Source: Pelagomonas calceolata (Eukaryota). Taken from it: a stretch of 64,000 bases of DNA. The notes beneath the pieces are model-generated. The model worked only from the letters and a program-made list of their open reading frames with translations. It was not told where the DNA came from and searched no databases. The DNA lies in NCBI GenBank assembly GCA_918797485.1, contig CAKKNE010000005.1:4898001-4962000 (forward strand), written 5' to 3'. Positions 32,015-42,421 of the stretch are shown here, piece after piece. The position numbers and the translations under genes are program-made. Numbering within the stretch: position 1 is the first letter of the stretch; the number at the start of each line of letters is the position of its first letter.

Positions 32015-32498
32015 GACGCGGTGCTGCGTAGGCGCCCGGGTCGCATCCGTGCGGTCCCCGCGGCCCCGGGCTGCCCCGGCGGCGTCGCGGGGCGTGGCTC
32101 CCTCGCGGGCTCCCGGGACGCATCCGTGCTCGCGGCCCCGGGCTGCCCCTCCGGCACGGGGTCTCGGGGCTCCCTCGCGGGATCCATGCGGTCCTTCGCG
32201 GCCCGATTACAAGCGCTTAAGCTCGTACTGGCGCCAACCAAACCAAACCCGCCCGGTGCGCGCGCGCCCAGGGCTCAACAAACGAGGCGTCCTCCGACTG
32301 CTCCTCGGCGCCCCTCGACGCCTGGCTAGCGGGCAGCGTTTGAGAAAACCCTCCGGCGGTTATTTGGCTGCCAAGGCCGAGCTGCCAAAATCCGCTTCTC
32401 GACGACCGCAGCGCTCGCGCGGTGACGGCTTCTGGCGCTGGACCACACCGACGCGCCCGCGAGCCGTGCGAGGGGCAGCCCCACGCCGCCGTACAAGG

Positions 32499-35400
32499 AT
32501 GGCCCTGGCCCAGGACCTCGACCCCAACCGGCTCCTCCCGTCCCCACCCGGTGTTGGGGACGCGGCGCCGGCGGCGGTCTTCGCGACCATGGGCGTCTTC
32601 ACGGGATTCTCGCCGGAGGTGCCCGGCGCCAAGGATCCCATTCCCATCGTGCCGTGGGACGACGATGGAGACTCCGGGAGCGACGACGCCATGGACGATT
32701 TTGATGAGGACCCGCGCGAGCTCTTCGCCGAGGATGAGGAGGAGGCCGACGCGCAGCGGCACGGCTTCGACGCGTCGGAGCGGCACCAGCAGTACCTCCA
32801 GAAGGTGCAGCTCGAGAAGCAGCGCGCGCAGCAGGAGGAGCTCCTGCGGGAGAAGGAGGCTAGAAGGCGGAAGAAGAAGCAGGCGAAGTTATTAGCGGCG
32901 GCGGAAGCGCGCAAGGCCATGCGGGAGGTGCCGCCGCCGGCACCCGTGCAAGAAGAGGTAGAAGAGGCGGACCCGGAGGAGGAGCAGCTCGCGAAGGAGG
33001 CGCGGGTGCGCGAGACGCGGCGGCGCCAGAAGCAGCAGTACAAACGCTTGATGAAGACGCTGGCTCTTAAAAGACGGCAGGATTTGGCGTCCGCCGAGGA
33101 CGACAAGGCGAAGGAGGACGAGTTCAAGCGCAAAGTGCGCGAGAACGGCCTGCGGCGCGCGCGGCAGCGCCGCGAGGAGGCGCTGAAGCGGAAGGAGGAA
33201 CTGGGCGAGGTGGTGGCGGACGTCGTCCAGGGCTCGGCGGCGAAGGCCGCCTCTTTATTGAAGCAGGCCGAGCGGAACGTGCTCGAGAAGCAGAACGTGC
33301 TGACCGACGAGGACTTCCTGAACGCCGAGGAGGCCAAGGAGGCGCTCAAGCGGAAGCGCGCCGAGCAGGCGAGGCTCCGCCAGGAGCGGACGCGGCTCCA
33401 GCTCGAGAAGATCGCCGCGGACAAGCGCGCGAAGGTCGAGGCCGAGCAGAAAAAGGCCCAGAGATTACTACGACGCCAGGAATTAGTCAGGGAGCGCGTC
33501 CTGAACCGCGAGCGGCCCAAGGAACTCGTTGACAGGGGCGAGGACAAGGAGAACGAGCCCGTGCGCAAGGTCGCGGCCAAGGAAGAAGCGCCCGCGAAGC
33601 CCGTGCTGACCGAGGAGGAGAAAGAACGAAGACGACTAAGAAGAGAGCAGCAGGCCGAGGCCATAGCTAGACTCAACAAGGTGTCCGAGAAGGACCAGCC
33701 CACCGGTGCTGTGGGAAGGGACTTCAAGGACTACAAGCGCAAGTTAGGGTTATCGAAGGACACGAAGGTTTTTTGCATGACGGGCTGGTACCCTTGTGTG
33801 AAAGACGCGTTGCTCGAGCGCGGCTGGCACTTCAATGACGACCGCGAGTCGACGTTCTACGACCTGAAGTGGACGCTGCGGAGCAACGACATCGACAAAG
33901 GCATCAAGCCGAACCAGCTCACGAACCACTTCCTCAAAAACACGGCGATTACGACGAAGGCGGGCCTGACGCGTAGCTTGTGTGAGTTGCACTGGCACTG
34001 CGACGACCACAGCGACCACGTCTACCCGCGGGCCTACGACCTGTCGTCCCCGCATAGCTTCCGGGGCTTCCTCGACGACTTTCGCGGATTGGAAGCGGAG
34101 AAGTGCCTCAAGAACGTGATCAGGAGCCTGGCGGGGGCCTCGTCCAGCGACGAGTCGTCCTCGGAGGACTCGTCCGAGTCAGATTCGGAGGTGACGGACC
34201 CCGCCGCGTCCGCCGACGAAATGAACATGGAGTCGACCGACGACGTCGCGGAGGCGCCGGCGCCGGCGCCCGTCGCCGAGGCGCCCGCGCCGGCCGACGA
34301 CGCGTCGGACATTGATAGTCTGGAGATGGACGAACTCGACGGTGTCTTAGGAGACAAGGAGGCGCCCTTGTTGTTCAACGAGGAATTGCTGCGGATCGCG
34401 CTGCGGGTCTGCCGGAAGAAGCTGCGGGTGCTAGTTGATGACGACACGGAGCTGGACGGGGGTTCGGGCTACTCTGATAGGTTAGTCACGGACCTCGAGT
34501 GGGAAGCTTTGAGGCACGCCCAGGGTCGGGTGGATTGCTCCCTGGCCCTGCCGAAGGACATGCCCCCGACCTTGGATGATCTGTTGCATTTGAAAGACGT
34601 ACCCGACGAAGAAGAGACGCGGAGCTCGTTGGACCAGGCCGGGTCCATCCTCGCGCGCGCGCGGGAAGACAAGTTGGAGAGAATCCGGAAGGCCGAGCTC
34701 ACCGAGAGACGCAAGGAGGCGCGCCGCAACTTGATGCGCGCGCCCTCCCCGTTGAAAGATGATCTGAGGAAGGAGATCGAGGCGGTCCTGGCGCAGTTGA
34801 GTTCCCTCGACCCGCAGCACCAGCTTAATGGTGGCCCCGCCTCGACGCGAAATACCTGGATCGCCAAGCCCGCCGCGAAATCAAGGGGGAGAGGCATCGC
34901 GACCTTTGATGATTTGGATAGACTACTGGACCACTGCGACGCCGAAGACGGGCGGCTCGGGCGCGCTCTGGATCGTCCAGAGCGCATGGAGTCGCAGTTG
35001 TTAATTGCGGAGCGGAAGTTCGACCTGAGGCAGTGGGTCCTCGTGACGGACTGGAACCCCCTCACGATCTATTTCTATGACGAGTGCTACGCGCGGTTCA
35101 CGTCCCATAAGTTCACGGACGCGCGGGAATCCTTGGAAAATCCCTTCGTGCACCTGGTGAATAATAGTATACAAAAGGATGGGGAGAACTTCCATGATGA
35201 CATCGAAGCGGAGAACGGTGTGAGCATCGAGGACTGCATGTGGACGCAAGAGGACTTTGCCGGTTTTCTGGACTGGAAGATGGCGCGGACGGACGCGACG
35301 ACGGATAGGTTACGCATGTGTAAAGACTCTGATGACGTCTTCACTGATGTGGTGCAACCGGAGATGCGCAAAATTGCCGTCGAGGTGCTCCAGGCCGCGC

Positions 35401-36032
35401 GCGATTCGATAGAGCACCGGAAGAACTCCTGGGAGCTGTATGGCTACGACTTCATGGTCGACGCGGAGCTGCGGCCCTGGTTGATTGAAGTGAACTCGAG
35501 CCCGGCGTGCGACTACTCGGACGGCCGTGACGGCGGATGCGTGAAGAAGGCTTTGGTGGACATTCTGAAGGTTACGATCGACAAGCGCGAGTGGGAGCGG
35601 ACGCCCGTCGGCGACGAGCCGGACACGGGCGGCTGGCAGCTCGCGCACAAGGGGCCCTTCGTCGAGACGCCGATCGCGTCGCTGACGGGCGGCGACATCT
35701 ACGCCGAGGGCAAAAAGGTGGAGGCGCCGCGGGCGATCCGGGCGCGCGCCCGCGCCGCGGCGAAGGCCGCGGCCGCCGCGAAGCGGCTGCGCGAGGAGCG
35801 GAAGCGGCGCGAGGTCGCGGAACGCCACGCGGCGGCGCGGCCGCCCTCGCCGAAGCACGACGACATGGCCGAGCTCGACGGCTTCCTCGAGGACGGCGCG
35901 ACGGCGAAGCCGCCGGCCGTCGTCGCGCCGTCGCCGCCGCGCGCGGCGCCGGTCGTCGCGCCGCCGCCGGCGGCCTCGCCGAAGCAGGTCGTCGCCGTGC
36001 CGGTGAAGACGTTCGACCCGTTCGCGATGTGA
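32499..36032 (+). CDS. Tubulin-tyrosine-ligase-like protein, TTLL3/TTLL8 (glycylase)-like, with coiled-coil N-terminus
   Basis: NHF.KN..ITTKAGL, WIAKPAAKSRGRGI, KFDLRQWVLVTDWNPLTIYFY.ECY.RF, HLVNNSIQK, ELYGYDFMVD..LRPWLIEVNSSP. Confidence 0.92.
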   Translation: MALAQDLDPNRLLPSPPGVGDAAPAAVFATMGVFTGFSPEVPGAKDPIPIVPWDDDGDSGSDDAMDDFDEDPRELFAEDEEEADAQRHGFDASERHQQYLQKVQLEKQRAQQEELLREKEARRRKKKQAKLLAAAEARKAMREVPPPAPVQEEVEEADPEEEQLAKEARVRETRRRQKQQYKRLMKTLALKRRQDLASAEDDKAKEDEFKRKVRENGLRRARQRREEALKRKEELGEVVADVVQGSAAKAASLLKQAERNVLEKQNVLTDEDFLNAEEAKEALKRKRAEQARLRQERTRLQLEKIAADKRAKVEAEQKKAQRLLRRQELVRERVLNRERPKELVDRGEDKENEPVRKVAAKEEAPAKPVLTEEEKERRRLRREQQAEAIARLNKVSEKDQPTGAVGRDFKDYKRKLGLSKDTKVFCMTGWYPCVKDALLERGWHFNDDRESTFYDLKWTLRSNDIDKGIKPNQLTNHFLKNTAITTKAGLTRSLCELHWHCDDHSDHVYPRAYDLSSPHSFRGFLDDFRGLEAEKCLKNVIRSLAGASSSDESSSEDSSESDSEVTDPAASADEMNMESTDDVAEAPAPAPVAEAPAPADDASDIDSLEMDELDGVLGDKEAPLLFNEELLRIALRVCRKKLRVLVDDDTELDGGSGYSDRLVTDLEWEALRHAQGRVDCSLALPKDMPPTLDDLLHLKDVPDEEETRSSLDQAGSILARAREDKLERIRKAELTERRKEARRNLMRAPSPLKDDLRKEIEAVLAQLSSLDPQHQLNGGPASTRNTWIAKPAAKSRGRGIATFDDLDRLLDHCDAEDGRLGRALDRPERMESQLLIAERKFDLRQWVLVTDWNPLTIYFYDECYARFTSHKFTDARESLENPFVHLVNNSIQKDGENFHDDIEAENGVSIEDCMWTQEDFAGFLDWKMARTDATTDRLRMCKDSDDVFTDVVQPEMRKIAVEVLQAARDSIEHRKNSWELYGYDFMVDAELRPWLIEVNSSPACDYSDGRDGGCVKKALVDILKVTIDKREWERTPVGDEPDTGGWQLAHKGPFVETPIASLTGGDIYAEGKKVEAPRAIRARARAAAKAAAAAKRLREERKRREVAERHAAARPPSPKHDDMAELDGFLEDGATAKPPAVVAPSPPRAAPVVAPPPAASPKQVVAVPVKTFDPFAM

Positions 36033-36113
36033 TACCCTAACTTTTCGTTTCTCTAGCCGTGCCCCGGTCTACGCCACTCTGCCCCGACCGCAGATGCTCC
36101 GCGCCGGCGCGCA

Positions 36114-36135
36114 GCTAGCGCTTGTAAGACACTAG
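36114..36135. promoter_or_regulatory. CTAG-flanked intergenic motif, copy 5
   Basis: gctagcgcttgtaagacactag, about 219 bp upstream of 36354 (+). Confidence 0.7.
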
Positions 36136-36353
36136 AATTGCAGTGGTCTCCGGATCCGGTGCCGCGCGAGCGAAAGCGCTGCCCCGCAGCCCGCGCCGCA
36201 ACGCTCTTGGAGCTGTTTGATCGACGAACCGGTGCTCACCCAAGTCCGCCCGGCTCCTCGGTCGATTGGGGTGCCGACAGGCTCACGCCCGAACGAGCAG
36301 TCCCGGCGCCGCGTGCGGGATTGCCAGCCGCGCGACCGCGACTCGCGCGCGCA

Positions 36354-37718
36354 ATGGCGGCGCCGGCCCAAGCGCCGGCCGCCGCGCGCGCCGCGATCAC
36401 TGTCCATGCCTGCGACCAGCAGGGGAAGAAGCAAACGTTTAAGGTCAACTCGACGACCAAGATGCAAGCGCTCTTCGACGCCTACGCGAAGAGCGAGGAC
36501 GTAGACTCGCGCTGCTTCCTATTTAAAGGCTCGCGCGTCCACGCCGAGCAGACGGCCGCGGACCTGGGGCTGGTGGAGGGTGACCAGCTCGACGTCGAGC
36601 TCGTCACCGGCGAGGAAGCGGAAGCGGCGGGGGACGATCCGGACCTTCTTGGCAATTTCTATTTGGATCGGCTGCGAGGCGACGCGGCGACGCGGCCGAT
36701 CTGGGCTCTCTCGCGAGGTCTGGCGGGGGTTGTGGACGAGGCTTCGGGAAATTACGAAAATGAATGCTCCATGGCAAGACCGCTCGCCGCGCTGGCAGCG
36801 ACCTGCAAACGGGCGCGGGACCTCTGTACGCCGGGCCTGCGCGCGTGGACACGAAGCACGCGTTTGGCGGCGATGGACGTTGTAGCCATACCGCCAGAAG
36901 GCCACTCTCGCGGAACGGCCGACGAACGCGAAGCGGACCACGATGCTACGTTCGAAGCTCTTATGTTCCTGCGCGCGGCAATTATACACCGCGCCCCGTC
37001 CGTGCTCCACCTGCGCGAGGGATTAGCGACACATTGCCTCGCGCTCATACGCGACGCCAGTCGCTGCGCCGCCTGCCGCCTCGCGGCGTGCCACGCGCTC
37101 GCGGGCTTGTACGCCAGTCTCCAGGAAAAGGATACGGCGGAGAGCAAACGTCTGCGCCTGATGATCGCGGCGGGCGTCTGCGAAGGTCTGAACGCGGATG
37201 CAAAGGTGGCGCCCGAGCTGAACGCCGACGGCTTCGAGCTCTTCGACCGCGCCGACGGCCGCCGCGCGTGGCCGGAGCTGTGGGACGCGGCACTGCAGTG
37301 CGTCGACCTCGAGCCGTGTTATGTGCATGAAAACGTCAGAAACGACGACTGCGGCGCTCGGACCATCGCCATTGCACGGATCGCACGCCGGGTCGACGAT
37401 AGCGTAGACGCACCGATAGCCTGGGACACTGACGACGAAGACGACGTCGAGCTCGACCTGGGGCTGAGCGTGGCCGGCGGCCGGCGGCGGCAGGCGCGCG
37501 GCGAGTTGGCGGACGAGTTTGTGCGCCGAAGTGCCGGCCGCCTGAGGCGAGAGCTCCGGGAGTGCGTGGGAAGCGTGATCGCGCTGGCAGGCATCGCCCT
37601 CCGTACCGCGACATGCGACCTCGATGACCAAATGCAGCGCTGTCTCTGCGCCCTTCTCGCGGCCGCGCTGCGCACCGACGGGCAGGGACGACGACGAGGA
37701 CTGCGATTCCTCGCATAG
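36354..37718 (+). CDS. Protein with an N-terminal SUMO/ubiquitin-like domain and helical repeats (probably the 5' part of a longer gene)
   Basis: ITVHACDQQGKKQTFKVNSTTKMQALFDAYAK…FLFKGSRV...QTAADLGLVEGDQLDV; no terminal GG. Confidence 0.7.
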   Translation: MAAPAQAPAAARAAITVHACDQQGKKQTFKVNSTTKMQALFDAYAKSEDVDSRCFLFKGSRVHAEQTAADLGLVEGDQLDVELVTGEEAEAAGDDPDLLGNFYLDRLRGDAATRPIWALSRGLAGVVDEASGNYENECSMARPLAALAATCKRARDLCTPGLRAWTRSTRLAAMDVVAIPPEGHSRGTADEREADHDATFEALMFLRAAIIHRAPSVLHLREGLATHCLALIRDASRCAACRLAACHALAGLYASLQEKDTAESKRLRLMIAAGVCEGLNADAKVAPELNADGFELFDRADGRRAWPELWDAALQCVDLEPCYVHENVRNDDCGARTIAIARIARRVDDSVDAPIAWDTDDEDDVELDLGLSVAGGRRRQARGELADEFVRRSAGRLRRELRECVGSVIALAGIALRTATCDLDDQMQRCLCALLAAALRTDGQGRRRGLRFLA

Positions 37719-37792
37719 CGCGCATCGCCTACACCGCCGCCACCGTCGCGGCCCGGCTCCTTTCAAATGCACAAGCCTGGAATCTGCGTCCG

Positions 37793-40734
37793 GTGCGGGC
37801 GAGCGGGCTGCCTCGCGCCCTTGCCGCTAGATGTAGGCGGTCCAATTTGCCCCCTGTCGGCCCAGATGACATAGATGAACTCACCTCGCTAAGAGATGAG
37901 TTCAGGAACCTGAACGATGCCTCGGCATTGCCGGAGATGGTGCTGGCGTATGATCTTTTTTTCGGCGACGGGGACATGGCGATTGACAGTGTTATAGCAT
38001 CCGTCGCGATGGTGGCGCTCGTCAACTACGTCCCAAAGGCGCCGACCGACGGCTGTGCGCTAGTCTTGACAACCTCTTGTCCGGAGGCGCAGGATCTGAA
38101 GGATTTAATAAATTCAATGACTGCCAAGTTTCGCTCTCGGCGGTCGACGCGCGATCATGGCGTCGCCGCCGCCAGCGACGCGGACGGCGCCGACGACGAG
38201 GCCTACCACTCGGCGGTCGCTGTGCTCGTCGAACATGTTGTATCCGCTGGCAGCACGTGGGTGGACCTGACGGACCGTGGTACCATTGACGCGCTAGTCG
38301 ATGTGATCGTGCGCGAGAGCACGAGGCCCGCCATGCTTGGTGCGGTTCCGGGAACGTTTTCTCATTTGTTACGCGTGTCGACGGATACCCCGCGCACGGA
38401 CGCGGGGCTTCTGAGGAATCTTATACGTGTGGCCGTTGCCCTCTGCCGGCTCGCCGCCGACAGTGATGAGGCGAGCACAAATCTGATCACCGATTCTCTT
38501 TTGGCGCTTCTGACAGCCGCGCCGCCTTCGCGCGACGTGGTCTACGTCATGGCGCGGGCCCTCGCCCGCGGTGGCGCGTTCTTGAAGGGGGGTACCAGAG
38601 CCGGTGTCCTCGTCGCTTCGCTAATCAAGCACACGACGCACTCTCCACCAGGAAGGCTGGGCCTTGTGCCACTGCTCATTTGCGACGAAACCGTAGAGGT
38701 CCTGTTGCCGCTCTTGAGCTGTGCCGATTGGATCCAAATTCCGACGGACGTTGGTATTTTCGAAGTCTTTACTGCTTACCCGTCCCCCGGCTTCTATGAC
38801 AAACATGACGGCCGCCTGCAGGTGAGGGACGTGGCCGCCCTGCTGCTGTGCGTTAGGTCGCTGCGGTTGCCTGCGACTTTGGCAAAGTTCGCGATGACAA
38901 TTGCTGGGACTTTGGCGCGGGACTCGATAGCGCGGACGGCTACGACTACGATGACCACCGATGGGAACACGTCGGAAAACTCACGCTTGAACACTTTCGG
39001 GCGCTGCTCGACATTGTCAAGGACAGTGCATAAATCTCCGCCACTGCTGAATTATGACATCCACGCCATCGACGCGACGCCAGCTCGACCCGACTCACCG
39101 GTTGATTTATGCACAGGCCAAGGACGCGGGCCGGCCGTCCGCGCGGATCGTCTACGAGTTTCTGCGCTACCTATCGCAATCGATGATGCGAAAGGACTCG
39201 CCCGAATTTAGCAAGGCCTTGTTCGTGCCGGTGGCGATGGCGCTCAAGGAACACGGCCACCTCGCGAAGTGGGGTAAAAGGGCCACAAGACGGCCCGAAG
39301 CTGCTCAAGACGCTCATGAAGCTGGGCGGCGACTGCGTCGTGGTCGCGCTCGACGCCTTCGCGGAGGCGGCGATAGGAGTCCAGAAGCGCATCGCGAAGC
39401 GGCGCGCCGCGCGCGGAGGCGGCACTGGCGGAGGCGGCGCTGGTGATGGTGCGGCTGAGGACACGGCCGCGCGCCAGGCGGCGGCGGACCAGGCGGCGGC
39501 AGATCTCCTCGCGTCGCTTGAGGCCGAGGAGCACAGGCCGGGGACCACGAAGAAGTCCAGAAAAAAAGGCAAGAAAGCGTCGGTGCCCGCGCCCGCGCCC
39601 GCGCCCGCGCCGGCCTCCGCCGCGGAGGTGTCGTCTTCGTCTTCGTCTGAGGACGACGACGACGACGATTTGCTGCTCCTGGCGAAACAACAAGCTTCGC
39701 GGTCGGCGCCGGCGCCGCGCGCCCGCGCCCGAACGAAGGCGCCCCCTGCTGCGGCGCCGCGCGCCCGCGAAGTTAATCCCGCCATGGCCTTCGCGAGCGC
39801 GCTCCGCGGCTGGATCGTTTCCCGGGGCGGCCGCATCGTCGGTACGGATCTCGCGCAGTTCTACAAAAGCCCGGCGGCGCGTGGACTTTCAGTGCCGAAG
39901 GGCGGCGCCCTTAAGCTACTGCGGACGGTGGCCGCTCCTGCCGGCCTGCGTATCTCTCAGGACGGTCCGCGCATTGTTATCTCCAGCGTCGGGGCCGTAG
40001 CGATGCCTCCGCCGCCACCGCCGCAGCCGAAGCCTCCCGCCGCCCCCACCGCCCCCCGCCGGGCCCTTTCTGACCTCGCCGTCGATGATGATGATGAGGA
40101 CGACGCGACGCCGGCGCGGAGGACACGACACGAAAACGCGGATGTCCCGAGGCACGCCGTTGAGGATTTACTGAAGCTGGAATCAAACGCCGGGTCAATA
40201 ACGGAAGAAGCTTTGAGAAAACTGGGCCGCCTCGCCGGACGCACGGCCGGTAGCCGCGCCGTGCCGGCCGACGAGGAGAAGGCGCCCGACGCCGGCCCCG
40301 CGCCGTCGCTCCTGCCGCTACTTACCGCGCCGGCGGCGGACGCCGGCGCGTCGTATGCGCTCGACGCCCCGCTCGCCGCCCTCCTGGCGCGCCTCGACCT
40401 GAATCACATAGCCGGAGCGCTGGCAGCGGAGGAGATTGATATCGAGGCCCTTCCGCTTTTGTCGATCAGTGACCTCGTGGACATTGCGATCAAACCAGAA
40501 GATGCTGAGAAGCTTCTGGTGGCGGCCGTGGCGCCGCCGCCCGCAGCGCCGCCGCCGCCGCCGATCGCGACGCCGTCGACGCAAGAGTGCCCGCTGTGCA
40601 TGGACGGCGACCGCGAGATCGCGCTGGTCCCGTGCGGACACGTCCTCTGCGCCGGGTGCGCGGGCCGGCACGCGACGGAGAGCTGCCCGATGTGCCGGCA
40701 GGATGTGGCGTCGACGATGAGGGTGTATTTCTAA
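37793..40734 (+). CDS. Helical-repeat protein ending in SAM-like and RING (C3HC4) domains; putative E3 ligase (introner at 39016, frameshifts)
   Basis: LAALLARLDLNHIAGALAAEEIDIEALPLLSISDLVDIAI (SAM-like); CPLCMD…LVPCGHVLCAGC…CPMCR (RING). Confidence 0.7.
39016..39116 (+). mobile_element. Introner intron, 101 nt, GT-AG
   Basis: TSD gtcaagga / gccaagga; TIRs cagtgcataaatc / gatttatgcacag; core ccacgccatcgacgcgac. Confidence 0.9.
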
Positions 40735-40798
40735 GTTCTGTTATGTGCAATTGGACAGGCCTAGGCTAGTTACGTAACTATGAGGCTTCCCCGGACTT

Positions 40799-40821
40799 GC
40801 TAGTGTCTTACGGCCGCTAGC
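40799..40821. promoter_or_regulatory. CTAG-flanked intergenic motif, copy 6
   Basis: gctagtgtcttacggccgctagc, about 147 bp upstream of 40968 (+). Confidence 0.7.
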
Positions 40822-40967
40822 TGCCCCTTCCTCTGCGCTTTTTGCGCTTGGCTGCCTAGCCACCAGCCGCCGCGGGTCTACTTGTGCTTGCAAGGGCTAG
40901 ACTAGACCCGTTGCACTGCGTGCTGTAACGGTTATCCATCCTAATCTATTGAGTGTCACCGGAGACA

Positions 40968-42315
40968 ATGCCGCAGCCTCGACGCCATCGATGCGGCACG
41001 CTACTCCTTCTGCTGGCCGGCAGCAGCACAGCTGCAGCATCCGAAACTCTCCGCGGCACGCTGCTCGTAAGCCATCAGGCCTTCGTCGAGCGCCTCTACA
41101 TTTCCAGGAGGTACGAGCGCTGGTTCGGCGGCGTCGCCTACCTCGTGCTGCCGGGCACGGCGGGCCGGCGGCGCTCGCACGAAGCGACGGGCGCGACGGC
41201 GACCGTGCCCTCGCAGGACGCCTGCGACCGGTATGGGGTCGCCTGCTTCTTGGCCCGCCGCGGCGCCGGCCGGGACCCCTACGTCGCGGCCTACGCGCAG
41301 CTCTTCGGGCAGCTCGCGACGTTTTCGAGGCGCGACGAGCCGCCGCCGTGGCTGCGGCCCCACTGGCGCGGGACGGGGGGCGTCACCGGCGCGGTCGCGT
41401 GCGCACCTAGATTTCTGGCTGGACCCGCCGTCGTTCGCGCACCGCGTCGACGCCTGTGTGGAATCAAATTTACGGCGCGTTCGCGGCCACGTCATCGCCG
41501 AGAAACGACTTTGTGAAGTCCACCCGACACACTGGTTGATTTCCACACAGGTCGACGCGGGCGCGTTGGATCTCAAGCGGCCGTGGACGCTCGCGGCGGG
41601 TTTGAATCGCCCGCCCGACGACGCCGTCCGCGAGTTCCGGGTCTTCGGGCGGTACTGCCTGGGCGGCGAGGCGCTCGACGTCGATAGAGAATGGACGTGG
41701 GGCCACGACGCGAAGGACCAGGCGCGCCGCGCGTGGGCCGCGAGCGCGCCGACACGTGCGAAGGAGCCCGAGGCCTGCGCCGCCTGGGCCGACCTCTTCT
41801 ACCTGCCGTCTCCCATCTTCGCGGACTTTGCGCAACTCTGCGGGACGCAGTTTAAATTCCACCACGAGGTGAGCGTGCCGACGGCGCTGCGCTTCCTCGA
41901 AGTGGAAGGCCGGGCGCCCGCGCCGCAGTTCTTGGATTGCTGGGGCTGCTCGCAGGCCTGGGCCAAGGACCCCGCCGTCATCGACCAGCACGCGTGCGGC
42001 CACCGCCTCGACCTCGGCCAGCGCCACGTGCGCGACGCCTTCCGCCACCGGCTCGACCGGCGGCCCTTCGCGCGCGACGCCGTGCTCGAGAGCCAGATTT
42101 ATGAATTGGACGCGGAGCAGGGCGGCGCCTGGGACGGCAAATCGCTATACTGGGAGACGGAGCGCAATCTAGATAGGTGGACGAACGGCTGCTGCCGGCT
42201 GCCCTCCGCGAACCAGACGGCCTGCGGCTGCGTCGGGCGCGACCCGCCGCGGACGGACGCGGCCGCGGCCGTGCCCTGCCACGGGGCCTACGTCCCGTCG
42301 ACGGTCGTCGGGTGA
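40968..42315 (+). CDS. Secreted hypothetical protein, weakly glycosyltransferase/DUF288-like (frameshift near 41390, introner at 41446)
   Basis: Signal-like LLLLLAGSSTA; WADLFYLP…F…EVSVPT motif. Family assignment is tentative. Confidence 0.55.
41446..41550 (+). mobile_element. Introner intron, 105 nt, GT-AG
   Basis: Perfect TSD gtcgacgc / gtcgacgc; TIRs ctgtgtggaatcaa / ttgatttccacacag. Confidence 0.95.
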
Positions 42316-42421
42316 CGGCGTCCATGTATGTGTTGTTACTAAGAATCTTAAAACTAGCCGGCCGTGATATCCCGCTTGATGCCCGGATCAGACTCGTCTA
42401 AGGGAGTGTCGCGGACGACAC

